From the sequence record SRR31156797_1568: 64,000 bases of DNA; one strand, given 5' to 3'. This document shows positions 31,518 through 40,689 of this stretch, piece after piece. The notes below the pieces were generated by a model. The model saw only the letters and a list, made by a program, of their open reading frames with translations, did not search any database and had not been told where the DNA came from. How positions within the stretch are numbered: position 1 is the stretch's first letter; every line of letters starts with the position of its first letter. The translations under genes and the position numbers were made by a program.

Positions 31518-33419
31518 CTATTCGTAGTATTCAGCGTATCTGTTATTGATCTGGATCTGAGCTTTCTTTTTCATACTAAGGACATAGCTTTCTACAGCCT
31601 GATTAGATTTAGCACCGAGCAGTGTAGATCTAATCTGCTCTCTGGCAGTGTCCTCAATAGCTGTAACATCAGGCTTAGATATCTCTTTCACCTGTACCAG
31701 AAATATCTTGTTGCCTACAGTGTAAATATCCTGAATGAACTTTCCAGCCTCAGATTTGAATATATCAGTCATAAGTCGCTGATTCATACCGAGTCCGTTA
31801 ATAGGCTCAGTTCTTTTGAACTTAGGTGTTGTTGTGTATGACTTTTTAAGAAGGTTAGCCGCCTCATCCATAGTTGTGAGTGCTGCGCCTTCTTTAGCTT
31901 TTGCCTGTGCCATTTCAAGAGATTTTGCTTTAACAAAATGCGCTGTAACCTGCTCCTTGATATCCTCAAGCTCAGGAATGTATGATGCGTATTTTTCAGT
32001 CATTTCAAAGATCATCTTCTGCTCACCGATTTCAAATACTTGTGAAACTTCAGATTTACCTAGTTTCATAAGTTTTTCAGCTATAGCTGTCTGACCTATA
32101 ACCGGTACAACATCGCCGACAGCAGTGAGACCTTTTGCCTCAGTTGTAGCTAGCTTAGTCTCAGAAAGCTGGTTGTAAGCGGTAATGTTTGACTTACTTA
32201 CGATATCTTTATATGTTTCGAAAACGTATGTTCTGAAAGAAGATTTAGACTTCTGCTCTTTTATGTTAGCAGCGATCTGTTCTTTAACATCCTCAAGTAC
32301 AGGATTCTTTTCAGCGATATACTCGTTTACTTTAATGATGTGAAAGCCGAACTGAGTTTTAACAACTTCAGATATTTCGCCAGGTTTAGTTTCGAATGCA
32401 GCTTTTTCAAACTCAGGAACCATCTGACCTTTTGTGAAAAAGCCGAGTTCTCCGCCGTTTTGAGCTGTTCCGTCTGAGGAGTGCTTCTTAGCCATTGCCG
32501 CGAAATCAGCGCCACCTGCGATCTGGTCTCTGACTGTTTTAGCTTTCTTATACATATCATTAGCTGCCATATCGTCTTCCCAGTTATCAACTTTGAAAAG
32601 GATGTGAGCTGCGCTAACTTTTTCGGCCTCTTTGAAGCTCTCTTTATTTTGTATAAAGAAGTTTTCTATTTCGCTTTCAGTCGCCTGAAAGTTACCTTTA
32701 TATGTATTAGGGTCGAAAGTGACGTATTTGAAGTCAGCTTTTTCAGGAATCCTGTAAGCTTCTTTCTGCTCTTCATAAAAAGCATTAAGCGCTTCGTCGG
32801 ATATCTCAACTTTGCCAACAAAGTCGTCTGCGGCAAGCTCTAGGAAGCTGATAGTAGCCTCTGTATTCTGGTATGTGTACTCCAGCTCAACTTCTTTATC
32901 GCTAACAGCTACACCGTTTCTGATAAGGTCTTCCATCTTTTTGAGTGTGATGTCTCTTCTTATACTATCTTCGAAAATCTGTGGTGTGAGTCTATTTCTG
33001 CTGAGAAGCTGAACATATCTCTGCTGGTCGAATTTACCATCAGTCTGAAAAGCTTGAACGCCCTGAATATTAGCAGCTACTTCTGCATCAGAAGCAGGTA
33101 TGCCAAGCCTGTGGGCTTCCTCTCTTAGGAGAGTTTCGTTTATAAGGTTTTCCATAACTGTTTTCTCAAGAGTGTTACCTTTGAGAACGTCGTCAATGTT
33201 GTTACCAAATAGTTGCCTGAATTGGTTTCGTGTGGTTTCAACCTTATTCCTGAATTCCTGATCGGAAATGATGATACCGTTAACCTTTGCAGAATATAGC
33301 TGTTCCTGAGCCTTGTCTCCAACGCCCCAAACAAAGAATATTGTACCTACAAAAGCTGCGATAATGAACCAGAGGGAGAATGTGATAAGTTTCTTTTTAT
33401 TTCTCAAGCTAGATATCAT
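31518..33419 (-). CDS. ppiD: PpiD/SurA-family peptidyl-prolyl isomerase
   Basis: N-terminal TM, SurA-N region, parvulin motifs (HIL, GGELG.F, MVPEFE, VKTQFGFHII); ATG 33419 follows RBS GAGGT. Confidence 0.85.
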   Translation of the reverse strand: MISSLRNKKKLITFSLWFIIAAFVGTIFFVWGVGDKAQEQLYSAKVNGIIISDQEFRNKVETTRNQFRQLFGNNIDDVLKGNTLEKTVMENLINETLLREEAHRLGIPASDAEVAANIQGVQAFQTDGKFDQQRYVQLLSRNRLTPQIFEDSIRRDITLKKMEDLIRNGVAVSDKEVELEYTYQNTEATISFLELAADDFVGKVEISDEALNAFYEEQKEAYRIPEKADFKYVTFDPNTYKGNFQATESEIENFFIQNKESFKEAEKVSAAHILFKVDNWEDDMAANDMYKKAKTVRDQIAGGADFAAMAKKHSSDGTAQNGGELGFFTKGQMVPEFEKAAFETKPGEISEVVKTQFGFHIIKVNEYIAEKNPVLEDVKEQIAANIKEQKSKSSFRTYVFETYKDIVSKSNITAYNQLSETKLATTEAKGLTAVGDVVPVIGQTAIAEKLMKLGKSEVSQVFEIGEQKMIFEMTEKYASYIPELEDIKEQVTAHFVKAKSLEMAQAKAKEGAALTTMDEAANLLKKSYTTTPKFKRTEPINGLGMNQRLMTDIFKSEAGKFIQDIYTVGNKIFLVQVKEISKPDVTAIEDTAREQIRSTLLGAKSNQAVESYVLSMKKKAQIQINNRYAEYYE

Positions 33420-33445
33420 AATGAAATACCTCGAGTGATTTAAAA

Positions 33446-33549
33446 GACCCGACAGGGTGACTCCGGCACACAAATAATCCTACTACCGTTGCTTCCTTCC
33501 GGACCTGGCGGGGTTCGCGGGATATCCGTTGCAGAGGCCCCATCGGGCC
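33446..33549 (-). ncRNA. ffs: Small bacterial SRP RNA (4.5S)
   Basis: Minus strand CCAGGTCCGGAAGGAAGCAACGG domain IV inside a long hairpin with paired ends. Confidence 0.95.
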
Positions 33550-33582
33550 ATTCTTAAAAGTTTTTGTCAAAACAACAAAAAG

Positions 33583-33671
33583 CGGAGAAGGAGGGATTCG
33601 AACCCTCGGTACGCGTAAACGTACACACACTTTCCAGGCGTGCTCCTTAAACCTGACTCGGACACCTCTCC
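33583..33671 (-). tRNA. tRNA-Ser(GGA)
   Basis: GGAGAGG...CACGC-CT-GGA-AA-GTGTG, long variable arm, GGTTCGAATCC. Confidence 0.95.
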
Positions 33672-33822
33672 AGAAAGGAATCAAGTTTATATCAGCCTTT
33701 TAGCTTTCTGTCAACACTATAACATATATTTTCAAGCAATTATGTGATCATTTTTGCTCATAGCTATACATATCATACTTTTAGAATAATTATAATAACT
33801 TACTATCAAATAGGAGGACAAA

Positions 33823-33972
33823 ATGTATTCAAAAAGAGAGACCACATTGCAGACGTGCTTATCGGATGAGGAGAAGGACAAGGTTCTTTCGCTCGCAGAT
33901 GAAGAGGGTATATCAGTATCCGCATTCATACGCAGAGCCGTAAGGCGTGATTTAAAAACCAGACAGAGTTAG
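33823..33972 (+). CDS. Small ribbon-helix-helix (CopG-like) protein, 49 aa, not in ORF track
   Basis: RBS AGGAGG; MYSKRETTLQTCLSDEEKDKVLSLADEEGISVSAFIRRAVRRDLKTRQS. Confidence 0.7.
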   Translation: MYSKRETTLQTCLSDEEKDKVLSLADEEGISVSAFIRRAVRRDLKTRQS

Positions 33973-33986
33973 GTGAGGGTAAAACC

Positions 33987-34388
33987 TCACCTTTTAACTA
34001 TTGTCGCTTTTTTATCTGTCTTAGGAATTTTTATAAAAGTGTTGGCTGGTGCACCGGCCTTCTCTTGAACTTCGACAGTCACCTTATCTTTGTCAGAAAT
34101 ATTAATTATCTCAAGCCCGCACCCTTTGCAGGTGTCTTTCCCTGCGTATACAAGAAGGAGTGAGTTTTTAGTGAAGTCGAACCCGCTCACAGGGTTATTA
34201 AGCTTTATCGCCCTTGCCGATACAAAGCGATCGTATTCAGCTTTAGAGTTTACGATTGTAGCGTATGAGAGAGGCTTGCCGAATTCTTTCCCTGTGTGGA
34301 TAATAGAATAGTTAAAGCCGCCACCGCCACATGCGCACGCAGTTAATAGTAGTGAGCTCATTGCTATAATTAATGTCAACTTTTTCAT
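33987..34388 (-). CDS. Lipoprotein, PrcB C-terminal-like
   Basis: Lipobox LTAC; DFTK..LL.V.AG and FIKIPK resemble PrcB_C. Confidence 0.6.
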   Translation of the reverse strand: MKKLTLIIAMSSLLLTACACGGGGFNYSIIHTGKEFGKPLSYATIVNSKAEYDRFVSARAIKLNNPVSGFDFTKNSLLLVYAGKDTCKGCGLEIINISDKDKVTVEVQEKAGAPANTFIKIPKTDKKATIVKR

Positions 34389-34488
34389 AGATCACCATTC
34401 CCGTTATTTTTACCAGTAAAAAAATATAACATAAAAAGTCCCTTTATGATAACATATGTATAATTAAAAATCATTTGAGAGGATACCT

Positions 34489-36009
34489 ATGTCCAAACTA
34501 TTAAAAGTCCTTCTGGCAGTTGTTTTCGCATGCTCTATGAGTGTTCAGGCTCTTGCGGCAGAATCACTTGTTTCAAGAATTATAGGCGGCACAGCTGCTT
34601 CAAGTGGAGAGTTTCCATTTCAGGCTGGTATGATAATTGACAATGGCGGAGGCTCTTACAGCTTCTTCTGTGGCGGAACAATACTCAGCAGCACATGGAT
34701 TGTGACAGCTGCTCACTGTTTTGATGACTACAACCCTACTCATGTTCTTACGGGTACAAATCTTAATAATCCGATTGACCCTGCTAACCTTACGGCAGTT
34801 AGTCAGGTTATAAAGCATAGCGGTTACGATTCAACAAGCCCAACAGACTTTAATAACGACATAGCGTTAGTTCAGCTTGCTACACCTATTTCAACTACGC
34901 CAATAGATTTCTTTTCGACATCAACAACTCCTTACTATACAGACAGCACACTCGCTACTGTAACTGGCTGGGGAGACACAGACAGCTCTGCAACTGATGT
35001 TTACCCTGATGAGCTAATGAAGGTTAATGTACCTGTTGTCAGCTCCGCAACTTGCGTAAGTGCTTATGACAGTACAAAAGTTACAGATAATATGATATGT
35101 GCCGGCTACTCATCCGGTGGCTATGATTCATGTCAGGGTGACAGCGGAGGTCCTCTTTTCGTACAGAACAACGACGGTACAGAGAGCCTTATAGGTATAG
35201 TTAGCTGGGGTACAGGTTGTGCTCAGCCTAATTATTACGGCGTTTATACTAAAGTTCAGAACTACATAAGCTGGATTGAGACAAACACAGGTGTGACATT
35301 TAACACTAGCGGCTCAGTAACTGGCGGTTCAAGTAGTTCTACTAATGAGACCTTTACAAACAGCTCTGTAGCAACAACAGCTATAGATGCTAATCCAACA
35401 TATGATGTAGACACATCAACAATCACAAGCTTTAGTGGATCATTTAGCGATTCAGGTACTGTTGAGTTTAACGGCTATGCTATTGGTGGTCAGATATCTG
35501 ATTTCACTATTTCTAACAGTGCTGAAACTCTTGATCTCCTTTACACAACAAAAGCTAAGATAGACCTGGATATAGACACAGACGGTGATAAGGACGTTGC
35601 ACTTGTTATCCAGTACCCTGATGGCGATGCAGATGACTACTACCTAATCAGGTGCTCTGGTGGTATAGGAAATCCTGCAACCTGTTCAGCGGAGGAGAAT
35701 GTTACTTACAACTCAGCCGGCAAATGGGCAATGATATACCTTGATAATAACGATATTAACGATACCAACCAGTATGGTATAACTTCTGATGCCAAAGCTT
35801 TTGGTGACGATACAATCGAGACTACTGTCTATCTCGCAAGAGATTATACTACAGACGATCTTATAAGTGCTCTCACTGGAGGCGGCGGCGGTTGCTCTGC
35901 TGGTAACGGTGTGGCTTACGGTCTAACTGTTCTTATATTCTTCTGTGTGGTTTACCTCATGAGAAGAAAGATGCTAAGCAATATAAAAGAGAATCAGGAA
36001 AATAGATAA
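34489..36009 (+). CDS. Secreted trypsin-like (S1A) serine protease with C-terminal sorting signal
   Basis: Signal peptide, R|IIGG, TAAHC, NDIAL, DSCQGDSGGP; C-terminal GGGGGCSAG + TM + RRK. Confidence 0.92.
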   Translation: MSKLLKVLLAVVFACSMSVQALAAESLVSRIIGGTAASSGEFPFQAGMIIDNGGGSYSFFCGGTILSSTWIVTAAHCFDDYNPTHVLTGTNLNNPIDPANLTAVSQVIKHSGYDSTSPTDFNNDIALVQLATPISTTPIDFFSTSTTPYYTDSTLATVTGWGDTDSSATDVYPDELMKVNVPVVSSATCVSAYDSTKVTDNMICAGYSSGGYDSCQGDSGGPLFVQNNDGTESLIGIVSWGTGCAQPNYYGVYTKVQNYISWIETNTGVTFNTSGSVTGGSSSSTNETFTNSSVATTAIDANPTYDVDTSTITSFSGSFSDSGTVEFNGYAIGGQISDFTISNSAETLDLLYTTKAKIDLDIDTDGDKDVALVIQYPDGDADDYYLIRCSGGIGNPATCSAEENVTYNSAGKWAMIYLDNNDINDTNQYGITSDAKAFGDDTIETTVYLARDYTTDDLISALTGGGGGCSAGNGVAYGLTVLIFFCVVYLMRRKMLSNIKENQENR

Positions 36010-36035
36010 AATATTTTTGAAATGTAAATAATCGT

Positions 36036-36062
36036 AAAGGGGGGCTTCGGCTCCCCTTTTTT
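36036..36062 (+). terminator. Intrinsic terminator
   Basis: AAAGGGGGGC-TTCG-GCTCCCCTTTTTT. Confidence 0.85.
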
Positions 36063-36174
36063 GTTTGCAAGTATAGATGTTGTTGCACTATATTTAAAAG
36101 AAGGCATCAGTTATGGCTTATAGAGCTAAAGATGCAGGTGCACAAAAAAAGATCACTGTATTGTGATAGAAAAT

Positions 36175-36200
36175 GAACTATTAGGTGGAACAACTATCTA
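36175..36200 (+). promoter_or_regulatory. Putative sigmaE-type promoter
   Basis: GAACTA-N16-TCTA upstream of the rpoE RBS. Confidence 0.6.
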
Positions 36201-36223
36201 TGCTACATAAGAGCGGAGGAGAC

Positions 36224-36799
36224 GTGAAAGATTCTGCGATAATTGAGAAAGTACTTTCCGGTGATAACCAGTCCTTCGAGATGCTGATACTGAAATATCA
36301 GTCTAGGCTGTTTGCTACTGTTCTTAACGTGGTTAAGAATAGAGAGCTTGCAGAGGATATCACACAAGAAGCATATATGAAGGGTTTCAACAAACTTGAC
36401 ACCCTAAAAAATCACGATCAGTTTTACCCTTGGCTGAAGAGGATAGCACTTAACTTAGCGCTGAACCACTTCGAAAGGGCGAAAAGGGTTGTAGATGTCG
36501 AGAGCGAAGAGGACGAGACAAGCTATTTCGAGCGTATACCAGACGGTGAAAGCCCGGAAGAACTTGTTGTTAAAGACGAACTTAAAAGGTATGTGCGTAA
36601 CTTTGTAGAGGCGCTGCCGGATAAGCTTAGAGTAGTCGTAGTCCTCAGAGAGATCGAAGACATGAGCTATGAAGAGATAGCCGAGCTTATGAACATACCT
36701 ATAGGTACTGTGCGAAGCAGGCTTTTTAACGCAAGACAAGTTATGAAAGACAGATTAATAAATCAGGGGTTAGTAGATGGACTGTACAAAATTTCATGA
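36224..36799 (+). CDS. rpoE: ECF sigma factor RpoE/AlgU-like
   Basis: Regions 2 and 4 (GTVRSRLFNAR); GTG 36224 after GGAGGA; followed by anti-sigma, MucB-like and DegP genes. Confidence 0.85.
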   Translation: MKDSAIIEKVLSGDNQSFEMLILKYQSRLFATVLNVVKNRELAEDITQEAYMKGFNKLDTLKNHDQFYPWLKRIALNLALNHFERAKRVVDVESEEDETSYFERIPDGESPEELVVKDELKRYVRNFVEALPDKLRVVVVLREIEDMSYEEIAELMNIPIGTVRSRLFNARQVMKDRLINQGLVDGLYKIS

Positions 36800-37217
36800 G
36801 ATGATATCACTTTACATTGATGAAGAGACGAGCAGCGTTCAGTCGCAGGCTCTGGAGAAGCATGTCGAGACATGTTCGGATTGTAAAATATCCCTCGCCA
36901 GCCAGCTTAAACTGCGTGATATGGTTCGTGAATCCTATGTGAAGACCGTTGATATTGATCTTTCATCGTCCATCATGTCAAAGATCAGTGCCCCTGCACC
37001 AGTCTCCAAAAAGCCTTCTAATATGAAGAAGGTGTCCATGTTTATAGCTGCCGCTGCTGCGGTTTGTGTTCTTGCTATGGCCGCTCTGATGAGTCTTCAT
37101 GTCGATAACAATACTGTCGCTGGAAACGAAAAACTGGAAGAATATGTGATAGAGCATGTCGGCTCCGGTGCTTCCGATTTCAACGGCAAACTGGAAGCGG
37201 TGAACATAGAAAAATGA
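36777..37217 (+). CDS. Zinc-binding (H-x3-C-x2-C) anti-sigma factor
   Basis: HVETCSDC, one TM helix. Confidence 0.85.
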   Translation: MDCTKFHEMISLYIDEETSSVQSQALEKHVETCSDCKISLASQLKLRDMVRESYVKTVDIDLSSSIMSKISAPAPVSKKPSNMKKVSMFIAAAAAVCVLAMAALMSLHVDNNTVAGNEKLEEYVIEHVGSGASDFNGKLEAVNIEK

Positions 37218-37930
37218 AAAAACTGATTCTGCTTTTCTGTCTGGCTTTCGCTTATACAGGTTACGGAGCAGAGCAGGTCTACTTCAAGATCGCTGTAAAC
37301 GAGAATGACTATTCGACATTTCTCACAGACAGAATAAGTACCCGAAAATCAACCCTGCAATATCTAGCGACAAGGATGCGCCAGCCTTCTTTTCATCCCG
37401 AGCTTCTCAACCGAACCTATTATGAGGTTAAAGAGAGCAGGGGGATCAAGTATTTCGAAAAGAATGTTGTCCAGTATGACGTTATCCCTGTTTATAACGA
37501 TAGGTTCAGGCATGTTCTTATGGTTGATGAGGTTGAGGGTGTTGTGATAAGGAAAGAGGTTTACGACATAAATGGTAAGCTTGTTTTCGCTTTCACCAGC
37601 CTTGAACGCACAGCGGAAGATACAGCGCCGGAACTTAAAAAGACTGCAGCCGAGCCTATTGTAGACGCCTTTAAAGGCTATTATGTAATGGGTGAAAGAA
37701 AGCTTAAAGACGGTACAAAGCATATAAGCTTTAGTGATGGACTTAACAGATTTTCTGTTTTCAGAAAGAAGATTCAGACTGAACTTTCTGACCAAAAGAG
37801 AATCTTATACGGAAACTATGTAATGAGAAAGAGTATTGGGAAAGAGCTTTTTACAGTGGTTGGTACGCTCCCTTTTAAGGAGATGGAGCTGCTGATAGAA
37901 AACATTGTTAAGCTGGAGGAGAAGAAATGA
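37214..37930 (+). CDS. MucB/RseB-like periplasmic protein
   Basis: Signal peptide; FSDGL..FSVF and TVVG.LP motifs; operon context. Confidence 0.75.
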   Translation: MKKLILLFCLAFAYTGYGAEQVYFKIAVNENDYSTFLTDRISTRKSTLQYLATRMRQPSFHPELLNRTYYEVKESRGIKYFEKNVVQYDVIPVYNDRFRHVLMVDEVEGVVIRKEVYDINGKLVFAFTSLERTAEDTAPELKKTAAEPIVDAFKGYYVMGERKLKDGTKHISFSDGLNRFSVFRKKIQTELSDQKRILYGNYVMRKSIGKELFTVVGTLPFKEMELLIENIVKLEEKK

Positions 37931-39285
37931 AAAGGCTTACGACATTAGTAATTATGATTTTTTGTGTTTCATTGACCAGTGCATTTGCTGGCGGTCCGGA
38001 TAGTTTTTCCGGAGTATATAAAAAGACAAAAGACGCAGTGGTGAACATCTCCACAACAAAAATGGTTACAAGAAGATCGCAGTCACCTGAGGATCTGTTT
38101 AAGAAATTTTTCGGTGATAACTTCCCGGGAATGCCTGAGCAGAATCAGGGCGGTCAGAAGAGAGAATATAAGACAAGCTCGCTCGGTTCTGGGTTTATCC
38201 TTGACGAGAGCGGACTTATCGTAACAAACAACCACGTAATTCAAGATGCTGACGAGATTATCGTTAAACTGAATGACGAGCATAAATTTGATGCAAAAGT
38301 GATCGGTCGTGATCCGCTCACAGACCTTGCACTCATAAAGATAGATCCTGAGAATATAAGGCTTAAAACACTCCCGCTCGGCGACTCAGACGAAACCGAG
38401 ATCGGTGACTGGGTTGTCGCTATTGGTAATCCGCTAGGGCTTGAGTGGACCATTACAGCGGGTATAGTCAGTGCGAAAGGTCGTGAGATCGGAAGCGGTC
38501 CATATGACAACTTCCTCCAGACTGATGCCTCCATTAACCCGGGTAACTCAGGCGGTCCGCTGATCAATATGGACGGTGAGGTTGTGGCTATTAACACAGC
38601 TATCATTCCGTCAGGTCAGGGGCTAGGTTTCGCTGTACCTGTAAACATGCTGAAGGAACTCCTCCCTAAGCTTAAGACTGGCTCTGTTAAGCGTGGCTGG
38701 CTCGGTGTTATGGTTCAGCCTATCGACGAGAAGCTAGCTAAAGGTTTCGGTCTGAAAGAGGCGAAAGGCGCACTTATCGCTGACGTTTCCAAAGGTCAGC
38801 CGGCTGAGAAAGCTGGCGTGAAAGCTGGTGATGTTGTTCTTAAAATTGATGGTAAAGATATAGAAGACTCGAGAGAGCTTGTGAATAAAATCGGGCGTAT
38901 GTCACCTGGAGAGACAATCACTCTTACTGTCCTGAGAGGCAAAAAGATGAAAACTATTAAGGTGAAGCTCGGCGAGAGAAAAGATGGATCAGTAAAGAGT
39001 GAACCAACTGTTGATCTGCCTGTCGTAGTAGAGAGCCTGACAACTGATGAGCTCGAGCAGCTCGGCATAACAGGCGGTGTTAAGGTTACTGGTGTAGAAG
39101 GTGACTCTAACGCATATGGTGCAGGGCTTAGAAGAGGCATGGTGATCGTATCTGTGAACCATGAGCAGGTGAATGATTCATTCGCTTTCGCTTCTAAGTA
39201 CGGCACAGTTAAGAAGGGCGATGTTGTGGTTCTTCAGGTTTATCTGAGGGGCAAAACAAACTTTATCGCTTTTGACAAAGACTAA
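37927..39285 (+). CDS. degP: DegP/DegQ (HtrA) serine endoprotease
   Basis: TNNHV, DLAL, QTDASINPGNSGGPL, two PDZ domains. Confidence 0.92.
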   Translation: MKRLTTLVIMIFCVSLTSAFAGGPDSFSGVYKKTKDAVVNISTTKMVTRRSQSPEDLFKKFFGDNFPGMPEQNQGGQKREYKTSSLGSGFILDESGLIVTNNHVIQDADEIIVKLNDEHKFDAKVIGRDPLTDLALIKIDPENIRLKTLPLGDSDETEIGDWVVAIGNPLGLEWTITAGIVSAKGREIGSGPYDNFLQTDASINPGNSGGPLINMDGEVVAINTAIIPSGQGLGFAVPVNMLKELLPKLKTGSVKRGWLGVMVQPIDEKLAKGFGLKEAKGALIADVSKGQPAEKAGVKAGDVVLKIDGKDIEDSRELVNKIGRMSPGETITLTVLRGKKMKTIKVKLGERKDGSVKSEPTVDLPVVVESLTTDELEQLGITGGVKVTGVEGDSNAYGAGLRRGMVIVSVNHEQVNDSFAFASKYGTVKKGDVVVLQVYLRGKTNFIAFDKD

Positions 39286-39330
39286 TAGTAAATGAAATAA
39301 AACTACAAACCCCTATGTAACTGTATGAGA

Positions 39331-39358
39331 AAAGCCCGCTGTAAAAGGTGGGCTTTTT
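39331..39358 (+). terminator. Terminator after degP; copy 1 of a 28-bp inverted repeat pair
   Basis: AAAGCCCGCT-gtaaa-AGGTGGGCTTTTT. Confidence 0.8.
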
Positions 39359-39363
39359 CCTTT

Positions 39364-40689
39364 TTATATGTCGTACTTTTCAAGTCTGTAAAGGAAGACG
39401 TGTCTCGGCATACAGAGGTATTTCGCCGCACGGCTTTTGTTCCCTTCGAATTTCGCCAATGTCTTTTTTATTATGGTTTTTTCAAGCTCTTCTATGTTTA
39501 GCTCATCATCCGGCAGATTCATATCTAGGCAGGAAACCATATCACTGCACATCTCAGCAGGGAGGAGCGAAATGTCTATCTCGCCTTTCCCTTTAAGGAT
39601 ACAAAGTCTGTAGACGGTATTTTCAAGCTCACGGATATTACCCGTCCAGTTGTGGTTAATCAGCTTTTGAAGTGCTTCCTCAGAGAAGGTTACTTTAGCT
39701 CCGTACTTAGCAGAGAACAGCTCTATCAGGTCTTTTATATCTTCACGCCTTTGAGCGAGAGACGGCACTTCCACAGGGAAAACGTTTAGCCTGTAGTATA
39801 GATCCTCACGGAAATCGCCAGCTTCTGTCATGCTTTTCAGATTACGGTTTGTGGCGGCTACTACCCGCACATCAACCTTAGCCGGAATAGCTGAGCCTAC
39901 AGGCTGTATCTCTGATTCCTGCAAAAACCTGAGCAGCTTAACCTGTATCGAAAGGGGAAGCTCACCGATCTCGTCAAGGAATAGTGTGCCCCCTTCCGCT
40001 TCGAGTATTTTCCCTTTATAGTCTTTATCAGCAGAAGTGAATGAGCCTTTCTTGTGCCCGAATAGCTCACTTTCGAATAGATTTTCAGGTATTGCAGCAC
40101 AGTTTATAGTTATAAATGGTTTCTCAGCCCTATTGCTATTGCTATGAATATATTTAGCTATCAGCTCTTTACCTGTTCCACTCTCGCCTAGGATAAGCAC
40201 AGGAGCATCTGTAGGTGATACCGTATCAGCAAGCTTCAGCATAGAGGTGAAGGCCTCACTGCTCCCAACAAGGTTAGGTGTAATAGAGGATTTTAAATAC
40301 TGCTTCATACGGCTGTTTTCCCTACGCATCATACTTATCTCAATAGCTTTCTGAACGGAATTCAACAGCTCTTCATTTTCGAACGGTTTTGTGAGATAGT
40401 CGTATGCGCCTCTTCGTATAGCTGCAACAGCGTCAGGGATATTTCCGTGTGCGGTGATAATTATCACAGGCATATCAGGGTAGAGCTTTGAGACGGTTTC
40501 AAAAACTTCGTTTCCGTCCATTCCCGGCATGCGTATATCTGTTATGAGTACATCATATCTCTTTTCGGATAGAAATTTCAGCCCTTCGAAACCGTTAGGT
40601 GCATGATCATTTTCGATATTTTCTGATGACAGAAACATACCCACCAGAGTTGCTAGTGAGGCATTGTCCTCAATTAAAAGTACGCTCAT
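39364..40689 (-). CDS. Sigma54-dependent response regulator (NtrC family)
   Basis: Receiver domain, GESGTGKE, ESELFGH, GSFTSA (GAFTGA variant), FLDEIGE, FREDLYYRL, Fis-type HTH. Confidence 0.93.
   Translation of the reverse strand: MSVLLIEDNASLATLVGMFLSSENIENDHAPNGFEGLKFLSEKRYDVLITDIRMPGMDGNEVFETVSKLYPDMPVIIITAHGNIPDAVAAIRRGAYDYLTKPFENEELLNSVQKAIEISMMRRENSRMKQYLKSSITPNLVGSSEAFTSMLKLADTVSPTDAPVLILGESGTGKELIAKYIHSNSNRAEKPFITINCAAIPENLFESELFGHKKGSFTSADKDYKGKILEAEGGTLFLDEIGELPLSIQVKLLRFLQESEIQPVGSAIPAKVDVRVVAATNRNLKSMTEAGDFREDLYYRLNVFPVEVPSLAQRREDIKDLIELFSAKYGAKVTFSEEALQKLINHNWTGNIRELENTVYRLCILKGKGEIDISLLPAEMCSDMVSCLDMNLPDDELNIEELEKTIIKKTLAKFEGNKSRAAKYLCMPRHVFLYRLEKYDI

Noticed and set aside
33409-33684. 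91-aa ORF, and the upstream ppiD start at 33473
   Set aside because: Both overlap the SRP RNA and/or tRNA-Ser.
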